DNA of 32,000 nucleotides from Mycoplasma mycoides subsp. capri (GTDB lineage Bacteria; Bacillota_I; Bacilli_A; Mycoplasmatales; Mycoplasmataceae): NCBI RefSeq assembly GCF_018389705.1, contig NZ_CP065581.1, positions 690,001 to 722,000 of the forward strand, read 5' to 3'. Shown piece by piece: positions 28,323 to 32,000 of this stretch (position 1 is its first letter; each line of letters starts with the position of its first letter). The notes under the pieces were generated by a model. It saw only the letters and a program-made list of their open reading frames with translations, ran no database searches and was not told where the DNA came from. The position numbers and the translations under genes were made by a program.

Positions 28323-31231
28323 AAAATAGTTTCTTGATTTTGTAAAACAAAGTTTAATATAGCAAAAATTGTAATTACTGATTTTCTATTTTGATTAGCT
28401 AATTCATAATTTGGATCAGTTATATTAATTCCACCAATCAAAGTAGCTAAAGCATAACCAATAGTATTTTTAATATATTGAACTTTATTTAAATCAATTC
28501 CTAATAATAAGTGCAAAGGAGAATATGAAAAGTCATTTTTTATTTGTTCTAAATCAATAGTTCTTTTTATATCATCACCAAGATTTAAAACAATAGATGA
28601 CCAGTTGTAAAACGATTCTTCTTTTCTTCCTTTATCATTTTCATCATTTTTATGATTAAAAGAATCTAAATCATCATATAATGCTTTAAATAAATTCTTA
28701 TTTGTAATTTTTTTATTATCTATATAAGTAATATCAACACTAGCACTTAATGCTTTTAAAATAAATCCAATTGAAGATAAATCAAATGTTAGTGATTTAT
28801 CAGGATTATTTTTTAAAAATTGATTAATATACTTACTTGTAATTTGAAGTAATTCTAATACAGTTAGATCTTTGATGTTTTCTATTTTTAAATGTTTTAA
28901 AAGATTATCTGGTAATTGAATTTTTAAATCTCTTATATCTGTAATGTTTTTAAATAAAGAATCTTTTGAAAGAATTTTTTCAGAATAATTAGTTAAATCT
29001 TTTTTAATTTGTTCAACACTAGTGATTTTTTTATCTTTATCATTTCTTATTAATCTAATAATAGGTAATAAAAGTTCATCATCTTGATCTTTATTATTTT
29101 TTGGAAATAAAAACTCAGCTAGTCTAGTTGTAAAATCATTTATAAAATTAGTATTAGTTTTTGTTTTTGGATATAAATTAGAAATTAGATCATAATTTAA
29201 TTGCATATTTACACTTTGATATTTATCTGGTATGTATTTAATTATTTTTTTAGTATAACTATCAAATTGTTGAATAAATTTCTTAGTATCACTAATAAAT
29301 CCAAAGTCTTTTAAAAGATCTAATATTTTTTGTAAAGGCTCTACTGCTTTTTCAACTTTACTAATAAAAGAACTTAAACCAAACGTATTTAATAAGTTTT
29401 TTAATGTGTCTAATTCATTTGGTAAATTTAAAATTCCATACAACCCTTTAATACTTGCTATTTGTTTTAAACTACCTAAAGATAAATCAATATTTAACAT
29501 TTTTTGATCACTAAATAAGTTATGTCCTATATCTATAAGTTTTGAAATTTCTTCAAAATTATCTTTAAATCCTATATTAGAATCTAAATCTCTATATAAA
29601 ACTGATTTTAAAAAATTAAAACTATCAGAACTAGTAGCTGAAATAGAATTTCCAATTTGTTTAAATAAATCAAAGATTTTAGTAACTAAACCATTTTTTC
29701 CAAAAATATATATATTAGCATCTACATAATAAAATTTTGTTAATCATAAATTAGTATATATTTGAACAGTTAGTTTATTATAATCTTCATTTGTATGAAT
29801 ATATCCAAAATGTACTGAATGAGAAAAACTATTAACTTTACTCTTTAAAACACCAAGAATTGTATTTCTAATTTTTTCTCTTAGTTCATACATATTTTCT
29901 TTAATATAATTTTCTAAACCTTCAATTGCTTCTTTTATTAATTGATTTGTTTTTAATATAGTTTTTTGAATTAAGTTTATAACATCTAAAATAAGACTAC
30001 TTGTTCCTATATTTTGTGGTATTGTTTTATGATCAAAATATATTTTTGTTTTATCTGTTCTTTTAAATAAAAAATCTAATAATCTAGTTGTATATTTTTT
30101 ATCTTCTAAAACTTTACTAAACCCATTAATTAATAAAGAAAGGTCTAATTTATTATTAATTAATGGATCAAATCTTTTATCTTCTATTTTTTGATTTAAT
30201 AACTGACTTGGATTTGAATATTGTTCGTTAATCACATAATACATACTAAAATATAATTCAGATTGAACATATCTAAATAAGTTATCTAGTATTTTTAAAT
30301 AATCAAACTTTAAAAAATAATCTTTTACTTTATTAAAAATAGTTTTAAATTTATCTAATATTTCAATATTTTTTTTATCTTTATTTCATTCTTGTAAAAC
30401 TATATTTTTAACATCACTAATAATAAGATCACTAACATCATCAGCAAAATAATCATTATTATTATCACTATAAGTTTTTTTAGTAAAACTGCTTGTAATT
30501 AAATTAATGTTTTTATTAAATACTTGTTTAATAGTTAAGTCTTTATAAAAACTTTTATCTACATTTTTAGTTGAAAAAATCTTTGATAAAAGCTTAATCA
30601 AAGATTGGTTATTATTAATAAAATCAACAACACTTTTTATAATATTGTTGTTTTTGATCTTATTTAAATGATCTTCATTTTCAAGAGCTTGAGATTGAAA
30701 AAAAGATAAACCTAATGATGCTAAAGAAGGAGAAAAACCATTTAAAAAATCTTCTGAAGATCTAGTTAAAGCAGTAATTTTATCAATATTTTTAGGAGTA
30801 AATTCACCATTTTTTAAATCAGTAATATCAACTAAATTCTTATTATTATCTCTATATTGTAGTTTTAAATCTTTTTCAATTACATCAATTGATTTTCCAA
30901 AATAAGTTCTATAAATATCTGAAACTTTGTTTTTCAAATTAGCATCAGTTTTTTCTGGTTTTCAAATAAAATCTTTTCCAAATTCTTGTTCTAAATATTG
31001 TTCACTTAATTTTTTATTCACATAGTCTTCATTTAAATCTTCAACACTTTTTAAAATTTTACTTTTTGCTAAATAAGAACTAGCATCAATATAACTTTGA
31101 ATTTTGTTTAAATAATTTTGTTTTGATGAATCAACATAAGATCTAATGAAAAATAAAAATCCACTAATAAAAGCAAACATCACTATTAAACTAATTAATC
31201 ACGGTTTTGCTTTTTTAATAGATTTTTTCAT
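28313..31231 (-). CDS. large N-terminally membrane-anchored surface protein, orphan (972 aa in the 0-frame, ~1,046 aa if joined to the -1-frame segment)
   Basis: ORFs 28313..29500, 29744..30244, 30386..30937 and 30962..31183 are all in one frame. I checked the gaps and they contain only TGA. ATG at 31229-31231 with SD agaggga. The N-terminus MKKSIKKAKPWLISLIVMFAFISGFLFFIRSY is a signal anchor with no lipobox Cys. The 0-frame ends at TAG 28313-28315. Confidence 0.8.
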
Positions 31232-31444
31232 ATTCCCTCTAAAAGTATTTTTGTACTTATTTTATTAAAGAAGAATTGTTAATCAATACTTGATTTTTTA
31301 AAGGTGTAACTATATACTTAAATGGCATTTTTGTTTTTTTGTTTTTTATTATTAAAAAAAATAAATTTGGTATTTATATTTTTAATAAATGCTTATAAAA
31401 TGTAATTAATAGTAAATTTATGAATTTAGATATGGAACAAATAG

Positions 31445-32000
31445 ATGAGTAATTTATTTTTAATGTTTAAGCAAGGCTTAAAATGAATCTTAAAATTTAA
31501 ATTACAACTAATTATTATTATTTTTTTAACTTTTATAGCTTCTAGTATTTTAACAATCTCTTTTACAACTAATAAACGTTTAAAAACTGCTTATGATCAA
31601 ATAGTTAATAATTCTAAAAGTCAGAAATTTGATTCAACTTATCAAATAGTTGTTGGAAATAAAGCAAAACCTGAAAATGGTGATCCTTTATTTATTCCTA
31701 TTTTTGATTTTGTAAATAAAGAGTATACTGGATTTAATGATGAGGGTTTTAATAATTTTAATTTGTATTTTAATAAGTTTTATGGAAAAGAAACTTTATT
31801 AACTAAAGTAATTAGTTCAGATGAATTTAAAAAAATTTGAACTAATCAAAAAAATAAGAATTTATTTTTAAAAGATCAAGAAGATGAACAAGTAGCAAAA
31901 AATCAAGAAGATTTTGATTTTGAAATTAATGATTTATTATTTAGTACAATGATTGATCTATTAAATAAAAATGATCAATCTATAAGTAATACAGTTATTA
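31445..32000 (+). CDS. probable MacB/FtsX-type ABC transporter permease, 3' end outside the window
   Basis: From ATG 31445 the frame stays open to the window end across two TGA codons. The N-terminus MSNLFLMFKQGLKWILKFKLQLIIIIFLTFIASSILTISF, followed by a long hydrophilic (extracytoplasmic) region, is the pattern I associate with the very large Mollicutes ABC permeases. This is recognition only, with no search. Confidence 0.5.

Noticed and set aside
31420..31452. 10-codon uORF (MNLDMEQIDE) overlapping the permease ATG
   Set aside because: It has no SD, and such short ORFs arise by chance in AT-rich DNA. I cannot support function from sequence alone.
1..32000. Reading the many fragmented ORFs as genome decay or pseudogenes
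   Set aside because: The fragments are always co-framed and separated only by TGA. Only two junctions (8217-8236 and 28313-28385) need a real frame change.
1..32000. CRISPR arrays, IS elements or transposases, integrases, prophage genes, restriction-modification or toxin-antitoxin pairs, and compositionally foreign (GC-rich, stop-dense) inserts
   Set aside because: I found no direct-repeat and spacer periodicity, no terminal inverted repeats flanking a transposase-like ORF, and no recombinase motifs. The only GC-rich islands are the two tRNAs.

Overview
This is a very AT-rich Mollicutes chromosome segment that resembles the Mycoplasma mycoides cluster or Entomoplasmatales. It only makes sense under genetic code 4 (TGA = Trp). 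The supplied standard-code ORF track splits almost every conserved gene at in-frame TGA codons, and the pieces join into full-length proteins when TGA is read through. I re-derived all CDS boundaries that way.

Layout:
1. 5'-truncated nitroreductase.
2. The classic rimP-nusA-ylxR-ylxQ-infB operon (678-5367, +).
3. An inverted block on the minus strand holding rbfA-truB-ribF ... rpsO-tRNA-Gly and a membrane protein. Two tandem S41-peptidase surface proteins sit on the opposite strand between ribF and rpsO (6740-10768). The first is broken at an A7 tract.
4. hisS-aspS (+).
5. A long minus-strand operon: hyp226-proS-rnhA-hydrolase-like-lepA-hyp268 (22047-15787).
6. tRNA-Ser(GCU), a hidden 93-aa membrane protein, and an A15 tract in a divergent promoter region.
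7. fruA (PTS EIIABC) with an unusual 163-aa coiled-coil-like tail.
8. An accessory surface locus (25.5-32 kb). It holds a ~1,000-aa membrane-anchored orphan protein whose last 75 codons lie in the -1 frame, joined at a U_UUA_AAA heptamer. Four tandem paralogous small lipoproteins follow it. The locus is divergent from a probable MacB/FtsX-type ABC permease that runs off the window.

I saw no rRNA, CRISPR, IS element, prophage or compositionally foreign insert. The best candidate for something undescribed is the 25.5-32 kb surface locus and its frame-junction signal. I could run no homology searches, so every family assignment is motif recognition by eye.
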